Shown: positions 12,967 to 25,609, counted from the whole stretch's first letter. The stretch is 60,327 nt of DNA, filler included, from Catajapyx aquilonaris (GCA_000934665.2; 2 parts of 2 records of this genome joined end to end with filler, not necessarily neighbours in it); one strand, 5' to 3'. Notes: generated by a model not told the origin, from the letters alone. Numbers and translations: made by a program.

Positions 12967-13474
12967 CCTGATTTTAACTTGCCTGGGTACTTAGCCTTAT
13001 GTTCTTCATGAGCCTTCCTAGCCTTCTCGTTGTATTCCTCTCTGACACTTGGGATCAGGTCTTTCCACTGTTTCCCCAGTAGCTTGCTAATTTGATTATT
13101 GTGTTCAAGGGGATTTTCGGCCTGGATCTTGCGACGGTTTTCTGTGGCAAAGATCATAAAAGAATTCGGTGGCCTCGGGATCTTCTCATTTTTGGGAACC
13201 TTGGTCTTGGGTGTTTTGTCAGCATATATTGTTTTGGTGGTTGGTTGATAGCTTTTCTCTGTTGGGTCTTCAGGGATGTCGGAAGACTTCTGCTGAAGTT
13301 CTAGCTGCTGACAGAATAAGCTGTTTTAATTCCAAGTAGTATTATTAAAGGCATATTATTGTATTTATAATTATTATTATCTGACAGGGTCCTTTTGCTC
13401 CATGTCCGCAGTAATTTGCAGTGGGATTGGTATCAGTTGCGTGTCACCAGGTATATCCTCTTCATAGGGTGCAA
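12156..13474 (-). CDS. Divergent Sox/MATA-type HMG-box protein, core exons 13386-13474, 12983-13307, 12588-12793, 12156-12518
   Basis: Spliced HMG box: KIPRPPNSFMIFATENRRKIQAENPLEHNNQISKLLGKQWKDLIPSVREEYNEKARKAHEEHKAKYP/DYVYKPKEGKKRK. The canonical YPDYxYxP end forms only if the 189-nt CAG/GCAAGT...TAAG intron (12794-12982) is removed. A Lys/Arg-rich segment follows. The 69-nt intron 12519-12587 is in frame and stop-free, so it could be retained. Confidence 0.85.
12890..12963. repeat. (AAT)n microsatellite inside the GC-AG intron of the HMG gene
   Basis: Directly visible; it produces the spurious poly-Ile in ORF 12795..13157. Confidence 0.95.
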
Positions 13475-13885
13475 CTAGGAAAGTACGAAACAAACCAATA
13501 ATATTTTTATATTGCAATTACAAAAATGTCGGAAATTGTAAAAATTAATGCTTGTAACATTGTTAGTGTTACACTAATAGACCAACACTTCATTCACACG
13601 AGCGAGCCATGTAAATCAGGACCATTATTGAACCAGTATTTCCTCATATCCTAACTCCCAGCAAGTCTAATGGAAAAAAAACGTGTTACCCCTGTGGAAA
13701 TTCATGGGTTCAATATTAGAAACGTAGCATGCATATAGTACATGCAGTAGACTCAGTAGAGCGTACTTCAGAAATCTGTAGTAATCATTACAATATAATT
13801 ATTATAGTGTTCATAAATCAGGTACACGACACTAATCACGAGCCTTTCACGCCAGATAGATAAAGTGAAATGTTTAATTACATAC

Positions 13886-16442
13886 AGCTCTGCAACTTGA
13901 GCAGATTGGTCAGAAAAGCTACCTTCTTCGGACAACTCTTGATTTCGCCGAAAACGTGTGAACCGGTTGAAATGTATCTGAAAGCTTATAGGAAAATATT
14001 ATAATACTACAATGTGTCAATGTCAATATTCTCTGGTGTTGCTTGCCTTTGCAAACGGGTCAGACGAATCTGATGTACAGTAGGTATCAGATTTCTGAGG
14101 GTCTGACAGTATGTTAGTCTATATAATTATGACTGTGTGCGCAGTAATTATTGTCTTCGCTATTTTTTGTTGTTAAACCGAAGTATACAGCAGCAATTTG
14201 TGTTTTCGTGAGACTTTAGTAATAGCTTAGGTAGGCTACAATAGTGAAATTAATCATACCTCGAAAATGTTATTATCATCTGGTGTAATGGCGATTGTGA
14301 TTTTCAAATCGGGATTATTTTACTTATATTACTTATATGAGAGGTAGTGGTATGGAACTTACACGCACAGGGCCAGTTGCACCGGCCTCAGTATAACTTA
14401 GAACCTCGGGTATAACAAGAATTGCCATAGCAATCATTATTGGTCAACAATGATTGCTATGGCAATTCTTGTTCTAAGTTATACTGAGGCCTACAGTGCA
14501 ACTGGCCCTAATGTGAGTTAGGTTTGCTTGTCCAACCCTAATTTATTTTCGAGAGGAGATTAAACTTACGAACAAACTCCTATACCCTCCTACATACCAT
14601 CTATCACTGCAATGTCGCTATCTGGTTTTACTTGGACTGAAATAAAAAAGGAACCATAATAATATTAATCTATACTTGAGGTGTATTAATATAATATACT
14701 GTACATTCTGATCACAAATTGCATAGGCTTACATCATCCCATTAATGGGAAAAGAATTTGTGAAATTTAAAATACAGGCTAACTCTGGACTAGTGACATG
14801 CTGGTAAAATTTAGCTACACCATTCTCTCTCTGTTACGTCTAATTTTGCATTCAGAGGAGACAGCCGACAGGCATGCGGAGGACAGACCACCCATTCCAG
14901 GTAACTGGTGTACTTATATCCCAATCAAGGAAGAAACATACCGAACCGATGTAATACAGGTCAATTTTTCCAACAGTCACTACATGCTTGTGTACACGGA
15001 AAACTAAATACTTTCCGCTCACCATGACAACTCCATGTTCCTTGGACCATTGACTCATTTCCTGGGATCTGTACAATCAAATGATCCATATCAGCCTGTT
15101 TCTAAGTGTCGAAGCCCACTGGCAGATGTAATTGAGGATGATGGCAGTCCGATATTGTCTTTGTCAGTGTTGCACCAGTCGAAAGCCTAAAACAGATGAA
15201 AATTAATGGGCCTGAAGGTACAGTGTACAAGTCCGTTGTTCGTGGGTGGGTTGGTTAAGGAGCAAATGAAGGCAAAAATAAGAAACAACACCACCACCAA
15301 TCAGGACAGTTTCCAAAAAAGGAGTAGTCTGCTGTAGAGTATGATACACCAGATAAGCATTGCTAACACCATAATAGCATTTTGGATAAAAGTATCCCGG
15401 TGAATTCCCTCGAAAGGACGATTCTACAGTTTCCCCTCATATTGAGCATATTTTTTCTCTTCTCTCCGGGACTTGTAAACAAAACGTGGCTAGAAAAATC
15501 ATTGGTGATTTAACGCTGATTACACCAAGTTATACCTGACGCTGGAATTGAGACAATCTGTATACTATAAGCTGCGAATAATAGCCGGAATCAGATTTAG
15601 CAGGTCCTTTGACCCCTGCGAGAAAGTCCAAAAGTCTAATTATGCCTGAATCTATATGGTGCATAAGATCCCAACAAGCAGCAGGTGGTCAGAAAGGTCA
15701 GAAGAGTACAGCACAGCTGCGCTAAAAATATGACAATGCACCAAACCGCTTATCGTTCTTGAGGAACATGAGCTATTGTAACCAGAAACGAGTCGGTCAA
15801 AGTCTGTTGGACCCCTGACCGCAGATGAGCAATGCACTCACCCCTTTTATTGCCATCATACTTATCTCAAAATCCTTGACAACCGTTGCAGAAAAATGCC
15901 CAGTTTTACGTATACTGTTGCTATGGCGAGGTACTGCAGACTGTCACTTGCATAATGATGGATAACTTATGCAGGAGCTCAAACGAGTTTGTTGTAAAAC
16001 TGGTGATGGGGGCAGAAATGGATGGTTTATCCCATATTTAAAAAAAAAGGCCATTGGAAGTAACAATCAGAGCCACATTCACTTGTCGTAATTTTGGCTT
16101 TGTTTTAAATATTAAACTACTGATTGCTGGAGTAAAAAAAAATACAATACACATACAGTATATCCTAACTTTTCATCCTATACCCTACTCTTGAACTTGG
16201 GACTTGAGAAGTGCACTAACGTGTACAGTACCAGGAGAAAATAATGGTTTCTCCGTAGTGGGATGCCAATTGCGCGACAGGGCGCGGCTTACTGGAATTC
16301 GCTATTATTATTGCACATTCCAAGGTGTCGTTTGCATTCCTGTACCATCTGCAGAAATAATTCCCCTGATACTTGGGCATTCGCCTTTGTTTGCAATGCT
16401 ATTCCGTCGCCTTTTGTTTCTATATTCTGAGCGGTAAAATAT
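13886..16442 (-). CDS. Probable upstream exons of the HMG-box gene (16293-16442 and 13886-13977)
   Basis: Both have AG/GT boundaries and open frames with matching phases (2/2 then 2/1), giving ...LQMVQECKRHLGMCNNNSEFQ/YISTGSHVFGEIKSCPKKVAFLTNLLKLQS/FAPYEEDIPG... The start codon is not established. Confidence 0.5.
14370..14508. mobile_element. PIF/Harbinger-like palindromic MITE
   Basis: GGGCCAGTTGCAC...GTGCAACTGGCCC with an internal inverted repeat; followed by TAA. Confidence 0.7.
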
Positions 16443-16525
16443 CTGAAGACAAACGATATTCTGATAACCAGTCCCATCATTGTTTCATCATTGTTTGGGC
16501 TTGACCTGCATTACTTCATCTATTA

Positions 16526-16686
16526 AGGCCATTTCACAAAAACATGTCGCGCGGCAAACGGCGTGACTTGCGGCAAATTTTTTATTTATATTTATTGTTG
16601 CCAACAATTGGCAACAATAAATATAAATAAAAAATTTGCCGCAAGTCGCGCCGTTTGCCGCGCGACATTTTTTTGTGAAATGGCCT
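16526..16686. mobile_element. PIF/Harbinger-like palindromic MITE
   Basis: AGGCCATTTCACAAAAA...TTTTTGTGAAATGGCCT, nearly a full hairpin, with TTA target duplication on both sides. Confidence 0.85.
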
Positions 16687-19600
16687 TTAAACAGTGTCAT
16701 TCTGCACAACTGAAGTCCACAGATGAAGATGGGGGGGGGATGTCGACTATGAATAATTGTTTACTCGAACAAGCAATGTAAAGGAAAGCAACAATCTAGC
16801 CATTGTTGCTTCTCTTTAAACTGGTAGCTGGAGTGTAAACTATCCATATCTTCAGCTGGAGACTTGAGCAGAACACCACTCTGTATAAGCTACCGTATAC
16901 TATATTTCAGAAAATTTCCGCAGAAATTAAAAGAGTAAGTCTATTATTCAAAACAGTAATTATGGTGACACCTGTATTGAGAGGAGGTTTTTTACGACTC
17001 TTTTACAAAATTGTCACCGACTGCAGCTCCTCTATTTTTCACAAGTCACTATATGTAATGTGGCCAAAGTTGCTATCCGAAATGCTTCCAGTTATGATTG
17101 TCGCTATTGATTGATGTGAACGGCAGCCTATACTAAATGAAAATAGTACTGGAACCACAAAATAGAAGCAAAGAACCACAGTACTTTTCCAGTCAAACGC
17201 AACAGTCATGACCATTTTTGAATGGTAAATGAATTCTCAGCCAAACTCTTCCCCGATCCGAGTGAACAACAACAATACTGTAGGTACAGAAATCACAATG
17301 GATCAAATATATATGACGCTGAAACTATACAGTACATTGCAATATACTTGAGCCATGTTAAATTCCGAATTATTGTCTTCGCTATCACCCATCGCTCGTC
17401 ACAAAGCCTACATATAAATCAATTACAAATGTAACAATATCCCCCTCACTGAGCCACATAAACATGCATCACATGTATAACTACACGTTATATGTATTAC
17501 TTGCCTGCTTGTCCAATTGTGATGTGCAATGAGAAGAATGAGAGGAGGGAAGCTCCAGTCTTGATGGTGAACAGAAGAAGACTGATGTGGCGACCGATGC
17601 CGAGAGTAATCCGAAACAATAGCTATAGCTATACTTGGCACTTTAATTTTTCTTATCTGCTGGTGACCTTATTGAGGTAGCTACTCGGATTACGCGCATA
17701 GCTATCCGCTGCTTGGAGCATTAACAAACTATATTGGTTACTGAAATAAACACTAGCGGGTTTTTAAATATTGCTACTTACAATAGAGTAATTGCTATTG
17801 GAACTGAAAAGGATAATTATATTTATTCACGTAAAACTTTTCTTCTTAGTGTATGTGCGATTTGGGCGTCGAGCTGTTTCTAAGATATATTACTGGCGTC
17901 ACAGGTCAATTAAGGGTTAATTAATGGGATATGATTGTGGTTATTGCTTCCCAGTCATTAGCCCATCTTGCAGTGATGTCTCTATACCTTCCTGTCTCTT
18001 TCACATCTCCTTATCCTTATTCCCCCTCTCCACCCCCGCCCCCTTCCGAGGACAGGCGGTATTTTTATTTTATAAAAGGGAATCATATGTCGAATCCGTT
18101 TGGATCGTGGTCTGGATCCGTGGTGTGGGTGGACGACATCTTGTGCTGCTGGAACATCTGCAACTTCTATATCTCACTTATTTAATGGAGAGAAGAAAAA
18201 AAAGCCGTGCCTATCTGGGATCGAACACGGGCCCTTACAAATTAGCAAGAGGTGACGCTAACCATTCGCCTACAAGCTAGCATCTGTAGATACCCACCTC
18301 TTGATTGGAAGTTGTAGTTTCACTGCAGTATTATCAGGCATATACGTACGTGTTCCTTTTCATTTTAAGAAAGCACATGCAAAATATCGGGACTAGTAAT
18401 TATTATTAATTCCGACTAAAGTACTTGGTATTGCTTAAACACTTGATTACATTTTTAAATAACTTATCTTGATATGGATTTTAAAAGGATACAGGATTAC
18501 ACTTCCGGTGGTTTAAAACGCGGCGCCGCGGATTTGAAATACCCATTGTTTTCATATATTGTTATGCTATCTCAGAAATTTTATTTATACATATCACAAT
18601 ATTAATCACACAAATAAAATAAAACATTACTGAAAATGCGACTAGCAATACCAGACACGGTATAATCAGTCACAACCTTTTAACCATTTCTACTATATTG
18701 CCATAAAAATTATTAATCAAAATCTTGGAAATTTTGTACATTTTCTAGCGACTTCTGTACCCATTAAATAAATTATTAGCAAAATTCCAACCCATAATTC
18801 ACAATTCAGGGAATATACGTTTAAAATCTGAGTTTCTGTCTTTCGTAACATATTACTAGGATCAACAGGGTCCACTAAAATCATGGCGGTAAACAACTAT
18901 AAATAATTCCTATATTGAACTGATCCTTTCGAATGGACGCTTGAACATCACTTAGACACCATTAAGTCATAGGTTTCCGGAACTCATATTTTCATCCCTA
19001 TAAGTAGTGCAACAGACTCATAGGGTGATTGCCTACCCTGATTATACTGGGTATATTGTCATGGCCGTTGCCAAGGAATCGCCAATTCAATAAAACCACT
19101 GTTCGAGTGCGGAAGGATAATTTGGTGGGGGCATTTCCCAGGAGGTAAAACATGGACCACCAGCAGAACAACATCCCTAATCTCACACAAAGTGTAAGTC
19201 CAGCATTCGTATCCCACGGGCAAAGTGACAGTTGTGACCCTCAAAACGGCAAAATATTATTTCGTGGGGAGAGTGACACTTGCGATTGCCCTTGAGAAGA
19301 CTATACTATATTGAATCACTGATTGAGTATTGCTTTAGAACAGGTTAAGGCCTGCACTAAAGGAACAGTATTATTAATCCATAGAGCAAGGGGTATACCA
19401 GAATTCGGGAGTACTTCCAGGAGGGAATTTTAACACGAGTTTCCAAAGTGTTTGACCGGAAATGCGTGTAAAAAGAGCTGTCATAATGCCCATAAAATAT
19501 TTTGAGTGGTAGGCTACTCTCAGATTGAAACATTTGAACTGTTGCCGCTACTTCGCTCGAGCAGGAGGAAGCCATGGACACTGAGGAGATCCCGTGTGTG

Positions 19601-20303
19601 GGAGAGGGCGAAATGAACCCTGGCCCCAGAGTTGCCCAGGCAGTAAGCATGCAGCCCATCGCAAACAGGGACCTGCTGACGAAGATACAGAAGGAAATCC
19701 TCACGACTTCCGACAATCTCCGGGCATTCCCGAATAAGGTAGTGCCTCAGCCCAGCAGCAGCCACACATCTGGACGGATGAACATGACTGAAGGACAGCA
19801 GCGTCAGGGCGCGGGGCCTTCCACTAGCGACCCATTCAAATATCTGAATATGATGGGTCCATCTGTGACCCATGTCGATGGAAACAAACGTCGCAAGAAC
19901 CGTAAATAGCGACCAGAGATGCAAGCAGGGAGTGACATATATTCTCTCATATATATAGCTCACTCTCCACTCAAAGACCCCCAGATCACCTCAAGATGTT
20001 TTAGCGTTTGTTAAGATATGTTATCAAAATGTTCAAGTAAGTGGGTCATGTGATTTGGACAACCATTGAATAATAGCCAAATTATGTGATGTATAACTTT
20101 AACATGCACTATTGCAATACATGTTGTGTGGTATCATAATAATTGTCCTATGTGTCAATTCTTGGCCCATCCTTCTTTCACAGCATACAATTGAGTACGG
20201 TACCAGTGTGAGTTGACATCATTTACAATGAAGATAATCTGTCTCTCATTGTTGTCTATATGGACAAAAGTGGTCGCTGCCCCGACTTTCCTCTAGTCTC
20301 GGG

Positions 20304-20566
20304 CAGTGGTTCCCAAACTTTTTTGGTCGCGGCCCACATCAGATATGGAAAATATCTCGCGGCCCACCTAATGAGCCATTTACACCTCGTCACCTCCCTT
20401 ATTGAAAGTTGCAAAAATCATGCTACACAATATATGTATCTTAAAAAAATACGTACAGTGCTATTGCTCCTCATTTCACGAGATCATGATTTTATAGTTT
20501 ACAAAAAAATTTAAATCTCGCGGCCCACTTGGAGGAGCCTCGCGGCCCATAGTTTGGGAACCACTG
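20304..20566. mobile_element. hAT (Charlie/Buster-type) MITE
   Basis: 16-bp TIR CAGTGGTTCCCAAACT / AGTTTGGGAACCACTG, internal CGCGGCCCA repeats, degenerate TSD. Confidence 0.85.
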
Positions 20567-20909
20567 TATCTAGGGGCAATGTTTCTCAACTTGGACTGCA
20601 GACCAATATGTAAGGAGGGGAAGAAGATCCTGCAGCACATTTTGATCAGTAATGCCCATAAGCAAATTATCACTCCAGTATTCTCAAGTAAAGTCTGAAA
20701 TTTTTGGTAAATTTACGGTCCATTGGTGGGTTGCTGTCCGCAATAGAACTGCCTATGCTTATGGGTTTAGCACACGGTTTAGCGTGATGAGAGCCAGGGC
20801 TTAGGGATCCCATATTGTATCCTGGTTGAGTAATGGACTGGGAGTGTGAGCTCCTGGCCCAGCAACCAACACTGCAATCATGAACAGAGGTATCCACAGT
20901 TTTGTCAGC

Positions 20910-21260
20910 GTCTCCTCCCCCCTCCCCTCCCCCCCCTGGCTGCCCCCTCCCCCTACCCCTGACTGCCCATTCTCCCCATCAGACCATCCCTTTCCCCCTG
21001 CCCTCCCAGTCCCCCCACCGCCCGCCCCCTCCCCCAGATCACCCTTTCCCCCTTCCCTCCTCCTACCCCATGATACCTGTCCACAGACGGACAGACGGAC
21101 GGACAGAGACGTGCTATAAGACTTTTTCCGATGCATGGAAAAAAAGGTCTAAAAGAGGGTTTGCTAGGATAGATTTTTAAATGGGGAAAGGGGTGGTCTG
21201 GGGATACGATAGGATGAGGGAGGGGGCAAAGAGCTTATACTAGGAAGAGTGGAAAAAACG
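20910..21260 (-). mobile_element. DINE-1/Helentron-like non-autonomous element fragment
   Basis: (GACG/GACA)n block at 21085-21111 adjacent to GTCCAC; a related motif in the opposite orientation lies at 24300-24330. C-rich low-complexity sequence at 20912-21070. Confidence 0.45.
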
Positions 21261-23261
21261 GTTTCCAAGCGTCGCCACTTTTTGGCCAGTTGTTTGGCCA
21301 ACGTGTTTTGCTGATGGCTCACTACGCCGCGCCACTAGGCGGCACCGTCGAGTTCTGTCGAGATGAATTTCAATAAACTGTGTTGATTTAATATCAAGAG
21401 GCACATAATTAAGAGTTATAAATCTAAAAACTGACCAATATGAGGTCGCATGCGGTTAAGGCACTAATTTTGGACCCGAAACTGATATTCGACGCAGCTT
21501 GCCACCCTGCACCTAACAATCCAAATAATCGTCACCTCGTTGCTTAGAAATCACGTTCGAATTTTGAAATGGAACTAGTTCCAAGGCCGGCATAGTGGAG
21601 CATAGACGGTCGGGGGGTGGGTGCCGAGTGCTACTACTGCTGTTCGCGCACGGGGTCTCGGATCGCATTCTATTCATTACCAAAGGACCCTCCACTGCTC
21701 TCGAGTTCACGGTAGAAGAACAACAAGCCCGTCCCGCCACAAGATGGACATAGCAGCGGGGGGTACATCTTCCTGTCATGACCACGTTCAGCATCATGAC
21801 CAGTGTGTACAGTAGCCTACCGTGGTGTGTATTGTATAGCGCAGAGTGTGGGATTATTGTAGTGGCAATAAACTTCTGGCAAACAATTTGCTTTTCGTGA
21901 TGGTATTTTATTCACAGGTGTTCTACATCGTGTTTTGTCGTCAATTTTTACACCAACGAGAGTATACGAGTGCTTATAGCTTATTTCCAACCTCTGGGGC
22001 TTTTATAGCCATATTTCCGGCACTGCCTCGATCTACCGTATTGTACAATACAGTATCGAGTTTCGCTGTCGACTCGCCAGGTGGCAGGTCAGTCGATTGG
22101 CGACACGGTTGCTATGCTACCAGCTGTTTTTTCCACTCTTCCTAGTATAAGCTCTTTGGGAGGGGGGAAAGGGTAAGTTCACTTTTGGCCGAAAATGAGT
22201 TATGGATTGTTTCAGTTTCAGTCCCAGTACCGTGACAGACGTTGGGGACAATAGCAGTAAACATGAAAAAGCCTACTCTAATCACGCTCAGGTGATTTGC
22301 CAATCTTGTTTTTATGACGTGACAGATCTTAGGTACAGAGGTGCAGCCAGCTCTGCTCTATTCATAACCAGGTGGAAACACCCTGACCGGTCCGTAAATT
22401 GTATGGCTGAGGCGCTTTGCCCCCAGATTTCATGAATAGCGCCCCAATCGTAACAGTATTATTATTTTAAAAATAACAATGAGGATGTTGACAAATTATG
22501 TAAACATTTCATTATTATGCAAGTTTGAATCATTAACAAAACTATTGCATTAAGTGCCAGCCTGTCAATTATCATTTCTGATAGCCTACTCTACCGACTG
22601 CTGAAGTTCTATGCCAGAGTATTGCAGACGATGAAAATAATGATGTGAGTGTACACACAAAAAGTGTGCAATGATTCCCTTCAGAGCAACCAGAAACCAT
22701 TGCAAGTGGTGCACTAATCTATGAAATGCATTGGAATAATGGTTCCAATTTAAATAAACTGCGCAGAACTTGGCTAAAATTGTATATTTCCTTGACAATA
22801 CATTCAAACAGTATGATATACAGTACACAGGAGACAATAGCAATTTACTCCCAATAAAAAACTCGCACTATAAAAGTTAAAAGGGGAGGGTCACTCCAAA
22901 AAAAAACAACACTAAATTCAATGTCTCGGGCCTAGTCACATGTGAAACAATTTCATGAAACTTGTCTCCTGTAACAAAATCTCAAGTGTGCCCAACTGTC
23001 TTCACCTACTACTAGCAACAAATCTCTTGTAACAGAAAAAGGACTAGTTTTATGATACTTTAGGCCATGCCCCTCTTCACCGCCAAACCCTATGCTTTGG
23101 AAAATAGGGGCTTGGCCTCCACAGCATGAGATTTTGTCACATCATCTCTTGTGGTGTCACAGTACACTTGCTTCACATGTGACCAGACCTTATGGATTGT
23201 TGCACCACTTGTGCACCAAAAAAATTCATAACAAGAGGAAACCTGTGGTTTTTTTGATGTA

Positions 23262-23403
23262 CTATCGGGTTCAAATAATTTTGGCCACTTTATCCTGGTC
23301 TTGAAGCAACCCTTCTCACAGACCCTACGTTAATGAGGTGTGTGTGTTTGAAGGGTTGCTTCAAGACCAGGATAAAGTGGCCAAAAGTATTTGAACCCGA
23401 TAG
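23262..23403. mobile_element. TA-target MITE
   Basis: TIRs of about 53 bp, CTATCGGGTTCAAATA...TATTTGAACCCGATAG, TA on both sides. Confidence 0.85.
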
Positions 23404-24038
23404 TACCATAAGCAGTGCAACCAGCCCTAAGACATAGTGCAGTTGATATTTGTGATTCAGAATTATTGTAAAATTACTTTAAAGTTTATTACATTATTTG
23501 GTCAGACTCATTTATTTCATGTACAAAATTTAAAATCACACATGTAACATCTATTTTTATCATTTGCCCCATCCTTTTGTGGCTATCATAAATGAGGATA
23601 CGGCCACCAAAAGCGGCTTATCTTCGCCGAACTCTATTCCCAGAAAACTCCAATTTTGTAGATTCATTTGTATGGCTGTAAATGGGATTTCCAGATTTCA
23701 TCCTCTTGTTATGGTTCAAAAATAAGAATTTTGATCTGGCTCTTTGGCTCATTAGACTGTGTGCCTTTACATGAAGATTTTAATGGTGGTGTTAACTCAA
23801 AAACGACAAAAATCGAAGATAGACGCTTTTGGCGGCCGCCTCCTCAAATATGATTTGCACATTGTCCTTGAATTCAGCTGTCAAATGCTTTGATTTCATC
23901 TCAGTCAGCATCAGCTGGCATGAAAAGGCCGAATATGTTCTTTTCCCAGAGCATTGTATTAACCCATTTGTTCCTGAGGTCGATCTACCAATGATATTTT
24001 AATAACATTTTAAATCATGCGTTAGAAGGCAGAAACTA

Positions 24039-24946
24039 ACAAGGGAAGGTCACGGGGTGATAATGACGGATCTTGATGAAATTGATCATGCTAATACAGG
24101 ACAATATATGATACCCAAAAATGAAATATTTCGTGCGGAACCCCATATTTGCAAAAGTTATGACGTCTTAAAGTTCCAAAAATAATATACATTTTCATAC
24201 TCCATGGGATTACATTAGCGACCACATATAATGACATTGAAGTGTGTATTCAGTTTCTAGACCTTTTCTCATCGGAAAAAGGCATACAGAATGGCTCTGG
24301 CCGTCCGTACGTCCGTCCGTCTGTGGACAGGCATCAAGGCCTAAACCGTAAGAGATAGCGACAAACGGTTTTCTTATTCGGATTGAGCGTGACCAAAATA
24401 GGTTTCATGGTCAACTTCTGGTGACCCGCCACTTCCGGTCTTCCGGGTTCACTCTATCCGCACAAGTCTATACTTCACGGGCGGGTTATCGCTGGATTTC
24501 GAAGTTAGTTTCCGTGTATTCCTGACCGTGTTTTTCGGGGATTTACTCCGGGTTTTACCTGACTCTCTGGCAAAGGGGCTGTGGAATTTATTCCTGACGT
24601 TGGACATGTTTGCAATGAGCGTCATCGGCCGCCATGGTGTTATCGCCCAAGCCGATACTGGAATCGATATATTGCCTAGGTTACGATATATCGATTCACA
24701 TGCTCCCTGAAAGAATGAGAAAAGGTCTAGAAACTGATTACACACTTCAATGTCATTATATGTGGTCGCTAATGTAATCCCATGGAGTATGAAAATGTAT
24801 TATTTTTGGAACTTAAAGACGTCATAACTTTTGCAAATATGGGGTTCCGCACGAAATATTTCATTTTTGGGTATCATATATTGTCCTGTATTAGCATGAT
24901 CAATTTCATCAAGATCCGTCATTATCACCCCGTGACCTTCCCTTGT
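24039..24946. mobile_element. Foldback-type element with near-perfect TIRs of about 205 bp
   Basis: ACAAGGGAAGGTCACGGGGTGATAATG... at 24039-24246 is the reverse complement of 24740-24946. Confidence 0.85.
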
Positions 24947-25609
24947 AAGATAGAAAAATTAATATAGTTCAGCGTTAAATTTTAATTACAACAGAAGTTA
25001 CAAGGTGTCCTATATATAGAACACTAGGGCAATCTGTATAATTTTTATCCACTGGTTGCTTCACTTTACATGTAATGCAATGTGGCAGCTCTCACATTGA
25101 ATGTGCAGTGCTGGTAGCAATGATGGAATCGTATTATATCCCAATAATTCAGGAATTTCACCCCATTATATCGAGTTTCATAAATTTTTCGAAGACCTTT
25201 ATTTATTTATTTCATCGTGGAAAGTATGGGTCCCAAGTTGCACTATGTAACACTATGGCTATACAGGGTGATCTAAAATACTTCTCCAATTGCTGTGGCT
25301 GTTGTTGGCACTGATCTACATAATTTAAGCAGTTACTTTAATGGCTATCAAAAGTATTAGTGGATTGTAGGACACCATTGTTTCCCACTCATAAGGGCCC
25401 CCACTCATAAGGGCCAACAATGTAAATATTTTATGGTGGCTTTTCACAACCTTTCTTGCAACAGTCATACACTGTACTAATTTTTCAAAGCTATAGAAGT
25501 ATTTATAATTCAAGGAAATAGTTACTCAATCGCGCCAGTTCTGAAATTGGCAAATTTCCCAACATTCAACTTGTATTTGTGGCTAATGCAATCACGGAAA
25601 TGTGATGTA

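Noticed and set aside
19604..19627. Functional 2A ribosome-skipping peptide (EGEMNPGP)
   Set aside because: It lacks the required D(V/I) and the upstream helical context; kept only as a weak hint in the EVE finding.
20801..21180. Pro- and Gly-rich ORFs
   Set aside because: Low-complexity C-rich tract within a repeat.
21513..21815. GC-rich ORFs; PSTALEFTVEE vaguely resembles a Penelope RT motif
   Set aside because: The neighbouring motifs (LPFLD, VYRKPT) are absent.
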